From Nanobdellota archaeon (GTDB lineage: Archaea; Nanobdellota; Nanobdellia; Woesearchaeales; GW2011-AR4), in the NCBI GenBank assembly GCA_038046685.1, contig JBBSVT010000074.1, positions 389 to 64,388 of the forward strand: a stretch of DNA of 64,000 nucleotides, read 5' to 3'. Position 1 is the first letter of the stretch. Every line of letters starts with the position of its first letter. Position numbers and translations under genes: made by a program. The notes under the pieces were generated by a model. That model was not told the origin of the DNA. It saw only the letters and a list, made by a program, of their open reading frames with translations, and did not search any database. Positions 8,622-19,357 of the stretch are shown here, one piece after another.

Positions 8622-10124
8622 ATGACTGTCTCAATCAGCTTGTTTGAAAATGAATTAAGCAAAGTTAAAGACACTGCTTTGTTATTGGGATTCTTCAAAG
8701 GAAACTTGAGTTTGAGTGGCGAATTGCAAGAATTAGATAGCAGCCTTGGCAATGTTATTAGCTCGTTCATGAAAGACAATCATTTTAAAGCGGAAAAAGG
8801 GGAATTAAAGAATATTTACATTAGCAAAAACATAAGGAATATTGTTCTGGTCGGTTTAGGAGAAGAAAATAAGTATAATCTGGATGTTCTATCAACAGTC
8901 ATGGCAGATGCCTCAAAACGGTTAAGGGACAACGACACCGAAAGCTTCAGTATTTTTTTAGATTCTTTTAATCCCAAGAAATTTAAAGACAATGAAATTA
9001 TTGAGAAAACAGCATTAAGCGTTGCGATTGGTTTGTATAGTTTTACGGAATATAAGACAAAAGACAGGGATAAAGCAAAAAGCATAAAAAAAATAACATT
9101 AATAAAAAATATAAAAAACTCCAGCAAGAATTTTGAGAAGGAATTAAATTATGCTTCTATAATTGCAGATGCTGTAAATAAAACCAGGCATTTGGTGAAT
9201 ACTCCCCCAAATGTTGCAACTCCGGAATATATTGCAAATTATGCAGAAGAGCTTGCAAAAAAATCAAGCCTAAAATGTACGGTTTTTGATGAAAAGCAGA
9301 TTGAAAAACTCAAAATGGGGTGCTTTATTGGTGTTTCGCAGGGCAGTGTAAATAAGCCACGCCTGGTCATTCTTGAATATCATGGCGCTGAAAAAAGTCA
9401 AAAGCCAATAGCAATTGTTGGAAAAGGTGTTACATTTGACAGTGGAGGGCTAAACCTTAAGCCCTATCCGTTTATATTGAATATGAAAGATGACAAAGCA
9501 GGAGCAATTGCATCCATGCATATTATTGAAGCCTGCTCTAAGTTGATGTTGCCAATTAATGTCGTTGTTATAACGCCTCTTTGCGAGAATATGCCAAGCG
9601 GCGCCTCTTTCAGGCCTGATGATGTACTAAAAGCCTACAACGGAATGACAGTTGAAATAAAGAACACGGATGCAGAAGGCAGATTGATACTGGCAGATGC
9701 ATTGAGCTATGCTGCTGAATTTGAGCCGCAAGCCATAATCGACATTGCTACTCTAACAGGAGCTAGTCTAGTTGCCCTAGGAACCGCAGGAACCCCTTTC
9801 TTGAGTACTAGCGAAAAGATTAGAGAAAGGATAAAAGAGGCTTCAATAAAAAGCCTCGAGAAGGTTTGGGAATTCCCGCTTTGGCCTGAATATGAAGAAA
9901 ATATCAGGAGCGAAGTCGCTGACTTAAAACACATAAGCGAAGATGGCGATGCCGGAGTTATAATGGGAGCAACTTTCCTAAAGAATTTTGTCAATGAAAT
10001 ACCATGGGCCCATATAGATATTGGCACAACAGCCTGGTCAAAGGTTGATAAGGGGATGCTCACTAAAGGAGCAACTGGCGTAACTGTAAGGCTGTTGATG
10101 GAAATGCTGAGGGAATGGGAATAG
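8622..10124 (+). CDS. pepA: Leucyl aminopeptidase (peptidase M17)
   Basis: VGKGVTFDSGGLNLK, MKDDKAG, NTDAEGRLILAD, IATLTGA, WAHIDI. Confidence 0.96.
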   Translation: MTVSISLFENELSKVKDTALLLGFFKGNLSLSGELQELDSSLGNVISSFMKDNHFKAEKGELKNIYISKNIRNIVLVGLGEENKYNLDVLSTVMADASKRLRDNDTESFSIFLDSFNPKKFKDNEIIEKTALSVAIGLYSFTEYKTKDRDKAKSIKKITLIKNIKNSSKNFEKELNYASIIADAVNKTRHLVNTPPNVATPEYIANYAEELAKKSSLKCTVFDEKQIEKLKMGCFIGVSQGSVNKPRLVILEYHGAEKSQKPIAIVGKGVTFDSGGLNLKPYPFILNMKDDKAGAIASMHIIEACSKLMLPINVVVITPLCENMPSGASFRPDDVLKAYNGMTVEIKNTDAEGRLILADALSYAAEFEPQAIIDIATLTGASLVALGTAGTPFLSTSEKIRERIKEASIKSLEKVWEFPLWPEYEENIRSEVADLKHISEDGDAGVIMGATFLKNFVNEIPWAHIDIGTTAWSKVDKGMLTKGATGVTVRLLMEMLREWE

Positions 10125-10193
10125 AATAAGCTATTTCTGCCGTAAAATAAAAGTTAAATATAAATATAAGCTCATAGAAGGATATCAAAAAAG

Positions 10194-12785
10194 ATGAACA
10201 AATTAATGAAATACCTGTCTTTATTGGTAATTCTACTTTTAGTTCCTAGTAACATTGCTTTTGCGAAGTATTCTGGCTCACCTGAACCTAATTTACATGA
10301 GGGAAGATCAATAGAGGATTCCAATGAAGGCGAAGAATACCACAAAGAAGGCAATATCGTCATCTATCCAGTTCAAACTAATTCTAACGAAAAAGAAATG
10401 ATGAATCGCGTTATGAGGGGCGAGTTGAGCGAAGAAGAAATGCAACGTATTGCAATGGCAAAAATGGGCGATAAATTTTCAGAAGAGGACTTCAAACGAG
10501 GCATGATGGAATTAAAGGAAAGAATGGGCAGAAGAGAGACCTTTTCTTATGAGCATGGCGGATATGGGACAACATATTATGCAGGGCCTTCATACGAGGG
10601 CTATTCCAAAGAACACATGATATTTGGCATGATTTTCGAATATATAGGGGATGAAATTGATCCGAGGGAGATTAAGAAAAATTGCGTTGAGCCTGAAAAG
10701 ATTGCTGACGGGGTATTAATTAAGTTAAAGGAAAAAACTGGGGATTTGCAAAACATTTGCACAAAGTTTGAAGAGCAGGAATCAAAGTGTGCAGACCACT
10801 CCAAAAAGTCTTGTTCGAATATTGGGACTGCTTTTGTCAGAGAAGATGCAAATGAAATAGAGAAAATAAATGCAGTCGCATACTCATGTCCTGTAAAAGA
10901 GGATGCAATCATAGAAGCTTGCAAGAGGAGGAGCAAGTTCCATATGGAACAGCGGCTTCAAAATATGGATGAACAATGCAAAAAAAGATTTGATTTTGAA
11001 GGGGATAGGCTAACTAGGGAATGTGAGAAGTTTAAGGAATATCAAGTTTGCGATAAAGTGAAGTATGTAAAACAATGCATGGGTAATTTTGGAGTTAAAA
11101 GAGAGGATTTTGAAAAACCAATAACTTGTAGCAAAGAAGAGTGCGGACCAGCACCAGCTATGCCAAATTACCTCTGCCCAGATGGAAATACATGGGCTGG
11201 TCATGGAGGATGTGTACGCAAAAGAGATGGAAGCTGTAGTTGGGAAATTATAAGTTGTCCATCAACTATTGACTGCCCAGAGGTTAGAATGCCAACTTGC
11301 GGAGCAGGTGTTACTGCTCAAAAACATACTGGAAAAAGTGGTTGCGTATTCTATATTTGCGCTTCAGTTCCAGACTGTCCACAAATTGCAATTAAAATGT
11401 GCCCAGAAGGAGCCACTCTTGAAAAAAAGACTGATGAAAGAGGATGTCCTGATTATACAAGTTATCAATGCATAAAAAATGAAATCCAATGTCCAGAGGT
11501 ATCAAGAGTAACTTGTGCTGAAGGGCAGAGCTTGATAACAAGGTACGATGACAAAAGATGTGTTGTTGGGTACGAGTGCATTAGCGTAACTACTAAATCA
11601 ACAACACAATCAACTGAAACTACTGCTACTACTAGTGGCACTACAACAGAAACATCTGCTACAACTGGCCAAGGAGCAACAACATCAGCAAGTACAACAA
11701 TCACAGGACAAGTTGTTTTAAACACTTATGATGACTTCTTAAGGCATTGTGAAAATAATTGGAGAGAGCAAGAAAGAATATGTCAAAATACACCAAGTGT
11801 TTGTGACAAAAGCGCTTTTATTGAGAACTGCAAAGAGCACGAAAGAAAAGGATATTCAGATTTTATATCAAGGATAGAAAAAAATTGTGAAATCCAAACA
11901 ATATCTGAGGTAAAATCTGCTGAGCGAAGATGCAGCAGAACAGACGAAGACAGAAAACGCTGCTTGGAAGATAGCGCAAAACGATGCGAGCATATGAAAG
12001 GAATAGCACAACAATGCAGAGATTTAATGACAGAAGAAAAAATAAGAAATTTCATTATTGAAGAAACAAAGAAAAGATGCAAGTTTACTGAAATACTCCA
12101 GGACACTAATGATGTGAGAAATGCAGAAAAAGCAGAAATTGTACTTGCAGTCTTAAATACCGCAACCAAAGATGATTTTGAGAAATTAATCCTTTTTGTT
12201 GACAATCTTCACGAAGACTTAAAACTGCAAGACACAACAGTCTATAAAGGAACAATCGAGCCTAATAGATTCAGAGACATAAAATTACTGCCATTTGTTG
12301 TAAATGCAAAGATAAGTGCTGTTCGGAGTACTGAAAGAGCAAAGGAAGTCAAGGCAAGAATTGTGGCAGGGCAAAAAGCTGAAGAAGCCGCAAGCAAACT
12401 TGTTTCATTACGAGACTCTGATGTGCCAAGCGAGTACCTTTACATTATTGAGGACAAAGCAAGCGAAGTCCTCGATGTTTCAGATGATTTGGAGGAGATT
12501 GAGAAAAAAGATGAGCAGAAAGGTATGGGTTATAAGATAAAGTTGTTTTTAGGGCTTGCCAAGAGAGCTGAGCAGGAAGAAATCAAGCAATTAGAAGGAA
12601 GCAAGGAAAAGTTAAGAGGCTCCATTGAAGCATTGGCAAAGCTGATTGATGAAGTTCCAAACGACGTTGCAAGAGCAATCTTAAAAGAGCAAGTAGAGAG
12701 CTTAAAGAACCAACAAGGAGAAATTGAAGTTTTAATTGAAACTAAGGAGAAGAAATCAAAAGGATTCTTTGGAATGTTTGGATAG
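10194..12785 (+). CDS. Large secreted Cys-rich surface protein with small disulfide repeats and Thr-rich linker
   Basis: Signal peptide, CPDG module, three CP-x6-C..C repeats, T/S-rich linker, coiled-coil C-terminus ending KGFFGMFG. Confidence 0.8.
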   Translation: MNKLMKYLSLLVILLLVPSNIAFAKYSGSPEPNLHEGRSIEDSNEGEEYHKEGNIVIYPVQTNSNEKEMMNRVMRGELSEEEMQRIAMAKMGDKFSEEDFKRGMMELKERMGRRETFSYEHGGYGTTYYAGPSYEGYSKEHMIFGMIFEYIGDEIDPREIKKNCVEPEKIADGVLIKLKEKTGDLQNICTKFEEQESKCADHSKKSCSNIGTAFVREDANEIEKINAVAYSCPVKEDAIIEACKRRSKFHMEQRLQNMDEQCKKRFDFEGDRLTRECEKFKEYQVCDKVKYVKQCMGNFGVKREDFEKPITCSKEECGPAPAMPNYLCPDGNTWAGHGGCVRKRDGSCSWEIISCPSTIDCPEVRMPTCGAGVTAQKHTGKSGCVFYICASVPDCPQIAIKMCPEGATLEKKTDERGCPDYTSYQCIKNEIQCPEVSRVTCAEGQSLITRYDDKRCVVGYECISVTTKSTTQSTETTATTSGTTTETSATTGQGATTSASTTITGQVVLNTYDDFLRHCENNWREQERICQNTPSVCDKSAFIENCKEHERKGYSDFISRIEKNCEIQTISEVKSAERRCSRTDEDRKRCLEDSAKRCEHMKGIAQQCRDLMTEEKIRNFIIEETKKRCKFTEILQDTNDVRNAEKAEIVLAVLNTATKDDFEKLILFVDNLHEDLKLQDTTVYKGTIEPNRFRDIKLLPFVVNAKISAVRSTERAKEVKARIVAGQKAEEAASKLVSLRDSDVPSEYLYIIEDKASEVLDVSDDLEEIEKKDEQKGMGYKIKLFLGLAKRAEQEEIKQLEGSKEKLRGSIEALAKLIDEVPNDVARAILKEQVESLKNQQGEIEVLIETKEKKSKGFFGMFG

Positions 12786-12881
12786 TTCTTAGATTAGAAA
12801 AAAAGAAATAAGTCCAAGGGCACAAGAATTAGAATTAATTGGGCGAACTTTTTCGAAAAATTATAGATAATTACTTAAAGT

Positions 12882-13919
12882 GTGTATCTAAAAATGATTA
12901 ATTATGTGGAAGAAATGCTAATAAGAAAGACTTTGAGGAATAAGTACGCCCTAGAAGTTATAGGTTTGGTAATTGGTCTAATAATTGGCGGGATTCAAGG
13001 ATTTAAAATAACTCCAGATTTTATTGAATTTTTTGCAGAAACATTGATAGGAGGAATTGTCGGGTTAGTATTATTTTCTGTTATACATTTATTCATATAT
13101 GCGCATCGTAGCTCTTCAACAACTCTACAAATTGAAAAAGAACCCAGATGGCCAAAAATTTTGGTTTGGGTTTTCGGTGGCCTATTTGGTTTAGCTTTAG
13201 GAAGTGTTCACTTTCTTGGAGGAGATTATCGTGATTATGCTGCTAGACCGTATTTTGATATCCTCAATTTTTTTACTGACGGTATTTTAGTTCCTCTATC
13301 TGGAGCAAGTGGTGAAGAGGTACTAGGTGTTTTGTTAATTGCTCCGTTCGTTGGGCTTCTTGTCGGTTTAATTATTAGTGCCTTGTTACTGCTAACGAAA
13401 ATCAATAGAAAGGTTTTAGCTACAGTCCTTGCAATATTATTTTTATTGATAGTAAGTGGTGGGTGGATATTGGGTGTTTTAGCAAAAAACGCTTCAGAAT
13501 CTGAAACACAGTTAATAGAGACAAAAATCGCAAGCAAAGGACAGAATATTATGCAACTTGCACTTGACGGAAGGCTACTTCCAAACTCTTGTGATGATGA
13601 TATTCACGCATGGCTAGATGCTAATGACAGAAGGTTTTGCCGTCTTATTGCTGGAATAAAGCAGGGAGGGGGTATTGATTGTACCCACGCTGAAGTTATG
13701 AGTGAAGAGACTTGTAAACGACTCTTTTCTTTACAAAAAGAAGATAAACTACTCCAATGGACAACTTGTAACGATAACGATTGCCGCATTCTTTTAGGAA
13801 TATGGTTTCAAGACAAGACTTACTGTAATCAAATCGAAAAAAGACTTGATGAAGAAGTGAATGTACAAAGGAGTGCACAAAGAGATAAAGATACTTGCCT
13901 ACGCTATATTTTTAGATAA
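12882..13919 (+). CDS. Multi-pass membrane protein with Cys-rich C-terminal domain
   Basis: About five Gly-rich TM helices then Cys-spaced helical repeats; start may be a downstream ATG. Confidence 0.7.
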   Translation: MYLKMINYVEEMLIRKTLRNKYALEVIGLVIGLIIGGIQGFKITPDFIEFFAETLIGGIVGLVLFSVIHLFIYAHRSSSTTLQIEKEPRWPKILVWVFGGLFGLALGSVHFLGGDYRDYAARPYFDILNFFTDGILVPLSGASGEEVLGVLLIAPFVGLLVGLIISALLLLTKINRKVLATVLAILFLLIVSGGWILGVLAKNASESETQLIETKIASKGQNIMQLALDGRLLPNSCDDDIHAWLDANDRRFCRLIAGIKQGGGIDCTHAEVMSEETCKRLFSLQKEDKLLQWTTCNDNDCRILLGIWFQDKTYCNQIEKRLDEEVNVQRSAQRDKDTCLRYIFR

Positions 13920-14065
13920 ATCAAATTGACTGTCAAAATAGAAGTTTGTTATCTTAGGAGCGTTTTTTAGGATAGGGTGGTTAGTCGGGGGACTGGAAAG
14001 TGAGCTGGATTTTTGATTTTGTTTTTATTGCGTTTTTCGTTATTGAATTATATAAAAATTTAATT

Positions 14066-15418
14066 TTACCTGAATCTTCTGCGATAAGTTCCTCTTCGTT
14101 CACCAAAATGCTGGCTAGGTCTTCTTTCACCAGAATCGTGATAGCTTTTTTCTTCTCTTGAATGATAAGGCTTTTTCTGCTCCCCATACCTATGCGTTGG
14201 ACGGCCTTCATATCCTCGTCTTGGACCGCTTCTTGAATGAAAATCATTTCTCTGGCCTAAACCATGTCCTCTTTGCGATGCAAAAAACGGAACCCTCTGG
14301 AATTGTGGCAATTGAATCTGCTGCACAACTATTGACCTGTCATCGAGAACATTTCTAAAATTGTCATAGTCCGGCTCTGAAATCAAAGATATTACCTTGC
14401 CCTCGCTTCCTGCTCTTGCAGTCCTGCCAATCCTGTGTATGTACTCCTTTGAAGTCTTGGGGCAGTCATAATTAATTATATGGCTTACGTTCTTTATATC
14501 AAGGCCTCTGGCAGCAACATCACTTGCGACAAGTATCCTTGCTTCATTCCTGTGAAACATCTCTATTGATTTTTTTCTCCTGTTTTGTGAGAGGCCGCCG
14601 TGCAAACTTAATGATCTTACCCCGTTCATGGACAGATTTCTTCCTACAATATCCACCCTGTTCCTTGTTGCGCAGAAAATAATTGCCAGCTTAGGGGCTT
14701 CGTGCTTCAAGATGTGTATCAGGAGCGAAAATTTGTCTCTTGAGGTAATCTGATAGTAATACTGCTCCATCTTTCCCTTGTCAACATAAGACTGCAACTT
14801 GACTTTTGCTGGATTTTTCATGTAGTGTTCGACAATAGTGTGAACTTGATGCGAGATTGTTGCGCTGAAGAGCAGCGTCTGTCTTTCCCTTGGAACTTGT
14901 GATATTATCTTTTTGACATCCTCAATGAATCCCATCTCAAACATCTTATCAGCTTCGTCCAAAACTAGAATCTTGACTCTACTCAGGTCAATTGTAGCTC
15001 TCTGCAGATGGTCAAGGATTCTTCCAGGAGTGCCAACAACAATGTCCGCGTATCTAAGATGCTCAATCTGCGGGTTTATAGAAACTCCGCCATAAACAGA
15101 TATTGAATTTATTCTCTTGTATTTTGAGAATTTTCTTAGTTCAATAGCTACTTGCTCGCAAAGCTCTCTAGTCGGGACAAGAATTAGAGACTGAATGCCA
15201 TGATTATGCAAAATCTTTTCGAGTATTGGAAATCCAAATGCAGCTGTCTTGCCTGAGCCTGTCTGCGACTGGCCTATCACATCTCTTCCTTCTTGGATTA
15301 AAGGAATGCACTTTTTCTGTATATCGGTCATTTCCTCAAACCCAAGCTCCAAAAAAGCTTTCTTCAGCTCCGGCTGCAGATGAATTCCTGAAATCATTGT
15401 GTATTTACCTTCTTCCAT
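14066..15418 (-). CDS. DEAD-box ATP-dependent RNA helicase (DeaD/CshA-like)
   Basis: QTGSGKT, PTREL, TPGR, DEAD, SAT, ARGLD, HRIGRTAR; R/G-rich C-terminal tail. Confidence 0.96.
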   Translation of the reverse strand: MEEGKYTMISGIHLQPELKKAFLELGFEEMTDIQKKCIPLIQEGRDVIGQSQTGSGKTAAFGFPILEKILHNHGIQSLILVPTRELCEQVAIELRKFSKYKRINSISVYGGVSINPQIEHLRYADIVVGTPGRILDHLQRATIDLSRVKILVLDEADKMFEMGFIEDVKKIISQVPRERQTLLFSATISHQVHTIVEHYMKNPAKVKLQSYVDKGKMEQYYYQITSRDKFSLLIHILKHEAPKLAIIFCATRNRVDIVGRNLSMNGVRSLSLHGGLSQNRRKKSIEMFHRNEARILVASDVAARGLDIKNVSHIINYDCPKTSKEYIHRIGRTARAGSEGKVISLISEPDYDNFRNVLDDRSIVVQQIQLPQFQRVPFFASQRGHGLGQRNDFHSRSGPRRGYEGRPTHRYGEQKKPYHSREEKSYHDSGERRPSQHFGERRGTYRRRFR

Positions 15419-15604
15419 TGGATAGAACTAGCTTGTTTTAAATATGTTTGTGTTTTTAGCTGCGGTTTGGGTTTGGATTTGTCATTAATAATGGGATAGA
15501 AACTAAGTGTGGCATTTGTTATATTCAACAGTTCTGAAGCTTAAACCAAAAGTATTAAAAAGATCAAATTAAAATGAAATAATATGATTGCATGATTAAA
15601 CCTC

Positions 15605-16009
15605 GTGGTTTTTCTGGGCAAATTGCAAGAGCACTGGAAGTCAATAAGTATTTGGAGAAAAGCATTTTATATTTCATTAGTCGGAACTGTTCTATGGTTT
15701 TTATATGGGGCAATAAAATCAACCATCGTAATTTTAAGAAATAAAACTGGAATTTATCAATGTGCTATTTTAGTTGATGTACCATGCGAACTTTCAAAAT
15801 TTATTCTCAAAAGTGATTATTCCATATTGTTTTATATTTCCGTTGTTCTTGTATTTATTCTATTGATGATTAGAACCAATACAATATCTGTTTTGTTTAA
15901 TTTATACAGAAAGGAGAATAAGAAATCATTTTGGATTACTTTTGTTATAGTAATTGTTATTTTAATCAGTTTGCCGTTCCTTATTCAACATTTGCAAGAT
16001 ATTTGGTAG
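15605..16009 (+). CDS. Hypothetical membrane protein
   Basis: 134 aa, three hydrophobic segments, GTG start. Confidence 0.6.
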   Translation: MVFLGKLQEHWKSISIWRKAFYISLVGTVLWFLYGAIKSTIVILRNKTGIYQCAILVDVPCELSKFILKSDYSILFYISVVLVFILLMIRTNTISVLFNLYRKENKKSFWITFVIVIVILISLPFLIQHLQDIW

Positions 16010-16058
16010 ATTACGTAACCCTTAGAAAACTACTCTTTGCCATTCAATAAAAAATAAA

Positions 16059-17534
16059 TCACCCCAAAAACCCTCTAACAAAACCAGCTCTTGTTATGTT
16101 CTCTGTCAGTTGTCTGTAATCCTTTCTTTTGAAATCCTGCATGATTATTGACGTTATTTTCTTGTGCTTTTGGTCAGTTTCGTAATCAATTAATTTGCTT
16201 GACGCTTTCACTTTATCAATAATCTCTTTAGGAAAAATTTGTAAGTTAGCTTCATTCAAATGTTTCAATGAATCCTCTAAATCGTTATCAAAATTCCTGT
16301 AAATATCCCTGATAAAATCAATCTCTTTGCCGGTTAAAGCGTTTAATCCAAGAATTTCAGGCGGCAAGCCATAAGAATATAATGCAGCACAAAATGTTAT
16401 TGCCCTTGGCAGCTTAATAGTACTGACATTTCTCGAATAGCCAAACAAGCCGATATGCAGCTTTCTTTTTCTCCTGGAAGGAATATACTGCGCCATGTCG
16501 TTGATGTGCTTTGCCAGCAATCTAACCTGTTTTTGATATTCTATTATCAATTTTTCAATAATTGGAATGCATCTTTTCTCATCAACAAAAATGGGTTTTG
16601 AGGGTTTTGTATTATTAAGGAAATCAACCGCTTTGTTCACTTCTTGGATATTATAGTCATATTTAAAAGCAGATTGCAGCGTGTATGTGAAAACACTTGG
16701 ATAGCCTTGAATGCAATTCTTAATATTTGTCGGCTTGAAATTGCCTCTGAAAGGCGCAGAGCCGCATCCAAGTATTGGCAGAATATCCACAGATATCTTT
16801 TCCTCCAGCTCTTTTAATTTCTGAAACGAAATCTTAAGCATAAGAATTGTTGCCAAATTGCCATAATTCAAAGCAGGATCGCTTCTTGCCAGCCAAACCC
16901 GCTGATAGTCTTTGATTTTTTCTTGAGTCAAGAACCCTTCGACAATTTTGTCAGCATTTAAAATTGGATTTTTTTCTTCAATCAATGGAATTACTCTTAA
17001 AAAATCCGGCTGGAAATTTCCAATCCATTCTGCGATTGTAATGTCACCGCTCAGCTTGTGGTGCTGTTTTCCGATTACATGCTTCTTGTAGTATTCAGCT
17101 ATTCTGACAAGCTCGTTGGAGTTAGTTGTCATTGGCAAAGCAATCTCAAAAATTGGAGCTACATCTTCGCCATAAAATAATCTTGCAGCATCAAAATTTC
17201 TTGGAATGCTTTCCAAAGTCTCGAGCAAAATCTTTGCCTCACTTTTCTCAACATTTGGATTTGGAACCCTTAGAGTTAGAAAAACGTCTTTTCCAAGAAC
17301 GTGCTTGCTGAAATATGGCTCATATTTGCTAAGCAGCTTTTTAACAACAAAATTATCAACTTCCTTGCCTTCACAATCCCATAGCTGCTCTTTGCAGTGT
17401 ATGTGGGAAAAAGAGTAGAAAACCTCCTTTATCTCGTCTTCGCCGCCAAGCTCTGAAGCGTCCGAAAAAAATGGATTGTGAACATTATCAGGATGCTGAG
17501 TGGACATTGTACGAGAAACATTGTAAGCTGGCAT
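16059..17534 (-). CDS. ppcA: Archaeal-type phosphoenolpyruvate carboxylase
   Basis: TMSTQHPDN, WDCEGKEVD, ARSDPALNYG, GCGSAPFRG, RKLHIGLFGYSR, LPRAITF. Confidence 0.96.
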   Translation of the reverse strand: MPAYNVSRTMSTQHPDNVHNPFFSDASELGGEDEIKEVFYSFSHIHCKEQLWDCEGKEVDNFVVKKLLSKYEPYFSKHVLGKDVFLTLRVPNPNVEKSEAKILLETLESIPRNFDAARLFYGEDVAPIFEIALPMTTNSNELVRIAEYYKKHVIGKQHHKLSGDITIAEWIGNFQPDFLRVIPLIEEKNPILNADKIVEGFLTQEKIKDYQRVWLARSDPALNYGNLATILMLKISFQKLKELEEKISVDILPILGCGSAPFRGNFKPTNIKNCIQGYPSVFTYTLQSAFKYDYNIQEVNKAVDFLNNTKPSKPIFVDEKRCIPIIEKLIIEYQKQVRLLAKHINDMAQYIPSRRKRKLHIGLFGYSRNVSTIKLPRAITFCAALYSYGLPPEILGLNALTGKEIDFIRDIYRNFDNDLEDSLKHLNEANLQIFPKEIIDKVKASSKLIDYETDQKHKKITSIIMQDFKRKDYRQLTENITRAGFVRGFLG

Positions 17535-17812
17535 GAATTCTAGAATTCAGCAACTATTTAAATAGATTGCGAGGTTGTGAAGTGAATTACATTTACAAAA
17601 TCAACAAAAAGTTTATATGCATAAAACCGAATTGAACGAGTATATCATTCAATATTTACATAAATACCGAGGGATGGCAATTTAGCTTAATCTTTGTTAG
17701 GTTCAATAATTTTTAGTGGCTAAACGGTGAATATGGGAACATTTCGACGGATAACGAAATGAATAAGGGGGTAGTTCTTAACGATGTAAACTAAATGAGA
17801 TGAGAAAACCTA

Positions 17813-18310
17813 TTACTTTGACGCTTTTTCTTCAATTGCTAGTTTTAGCATACCTCTACCATCATAATTCCAATATGTAATATCTTGCTCAATAAAAAGC
17901 CACTTTAAGATTTTAAGTAATAGTTCAACTTCAAGACCTTTTTTAAAAACCATCCTTCTTTTTTGTAAAATTTCGTCAGGTTCTTGGCAATTCCAAACTT
18001 CTTCAATTGCTTTCAATAAAATTGGAAAATCATTTGGATTATCTATTTTCTTTATCTCTAAATCCTTAAAAACAGTCTGGTGACTCGGCCTTTTATCAAT
18101 AACCTCTTCCATCTTTTCTACCCATACTTGAAAATCAATTCCTTTGTTAAGAAAGGTGGGTCTCAAAAGATAAATTTTTCTACCATCTTTTAGAGTTTCA
18201 ACATAGTATCTATACCTTGTTACATGTTTTTTACCTTCTTTCCAATAACCTCCTTTTTCAGATAGAAATTTATTTACAGTTTGCTTTCGTAATTCATCTC
18301 TAAACAACAT
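17813..18310 (-). CDS. Hypothetical protein in restriction-modification island
   Basis: 165 aa with conserved-looking RPSH and KWLFIEQDITYWNYDGR motifs; divergent from DpnI operon. Confidence 0.7.
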   Translation of the reverse strand: MLFRDELRKQTVNKFLSEKGGYWKEGKKHVTRYRYYVETLKDGRKIYLLRPTFLNKGIDFQVWVEKMEEVIDKRPSHQTVFKDLEIKKIDNPNDFPILLKAIEEVWNCQEPDEILQKRRMVFKKGLEVELLLKILKWLFIEQDITYWNYDGRGMLKLAIEEKASK

Positions 18311-18503
18311 TATTTATAAAAATAAATTTGATAAATTTTCTTAACATTTTTTTGTTATGACTATTTAATGGGATTATTGTATTTATCTCTATATTGCAAT
18401 CAGTTTTATTGAAAGCGTCTTCAATACTTTTTGCATTGATTAGTTCAATATTTTTTATAACATTTTCACCATTATAAAAACAGTAGATTACACCATACTT
18501 CAT
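18300..18503 (-). CDS. Small hypothetical protein
   Basis: 67 aa ATG ORF overlapping the start of 17813-18310. Confidence 0.5.
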   Translation of the reverse strand: MKYGVIYCFYNGENVIKNIELINAKSIEDAFNKTDCNIEINTIIPLNSHNKKMLRKFIKFIFINNVV

Positions 18504-18586
18504 TTTAGTTAAAATTAAATAAAAACAATGTTTATATAGTTTATGTAGATTTATGTATAGAAATCAATAGAAATAAAGAATTAAAG

Positions 18587-19357
18587 ATGAACCTATCTAT
18601 ATACCAAAAAGAAGTTTTTGAAAAATACCATAGCAATTCACAAATAGCTAGAGTTCTTACAGAAAGTTGGTTCAAAGAAGAGATGTACTGTCCAGCTTGT
18701 TTACACGAAGAATTGATAAAAAATCCTAATAATACGAAAGTTATAGATTTTTTATGTAGTAATTGTGACAATTCTTTTCAATTAAAGAGCCAATCCTCAT
18801 CATTTCACTCTAGAGTTTTGGATGGAGCATTCAATCCAATGATTGAAACAATAATAGAAAGGACAAATCCGAACTTCTTTTTTATGCACTATTCAAATGA
18901 AGATTGGGAAATAAATAATTTATTACTCATTCCAAAATTCTTTTTTTCAGAATCCATTATAGAAAAACGAAAACCCCTTTCTGAATCAGCAAGGCGTTCT
19001 GGATGGATTGGATGCAATATATTGCTATCAAAACTGCCTATTTCTGGAAAAATTGGTATAATAGAAGATAAAAAGATAATGCCAAAAAATCAAGTTCAAA
19101 GAAATTGGGAAAAATTATATTTCTTAAATAATCAAAAACCAGAAAAAAGGGCATGGACTGCTGATGTATTGTACTGCATTGAAAAGTTAAATAAGAAAGG
19201 ATTTACTCTAAATGATATTTACAATTGTGAAGGTTATCTATCCAAGCTTCATCCAAATAATCAACACATACAAGCAAAAATTCGACAACAATTACAAATT
19301 TTGAGAGATAAAGGAATTCTTGAGTTCAAAAATAAAGGGAATTACACAATAAAATAA
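18587..19357 (+). CDS. DpnI / Dam-replacing family methylation-dependent restriction endonuclease
   Basis: SQIARVLTESW, Zn-finger YCPAC...DFLCSNC, FQLKS, DGAF, RRSGWIGCNI, C-terminal wHTH HPNNQHIQAKIRQQLQILRDKG. Confidence 0.92.
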   Translation: MNLSIYQKEVFEKYHSNSQIARVLTESWFKEEMYCPACLHEELIKNPNNTKVIDFLCSNCDNSFQLKSQSSSFHSRVLDGAFNPMIETIIERTNPNFFFMHYSNEDWEINNLLLIPKFFFSESIIEKRKPLSESARRSGWIGCNILLSKLPISGKIGIIEDKKIMPKNQVQRNWEKLYFLNNQKPEKRAWTADVLYCIEKLNKKGFTLNDIYNCEGYLSKLHPNNQHIQAKIRQQLQILRDKGILEFKNKGNYTIK

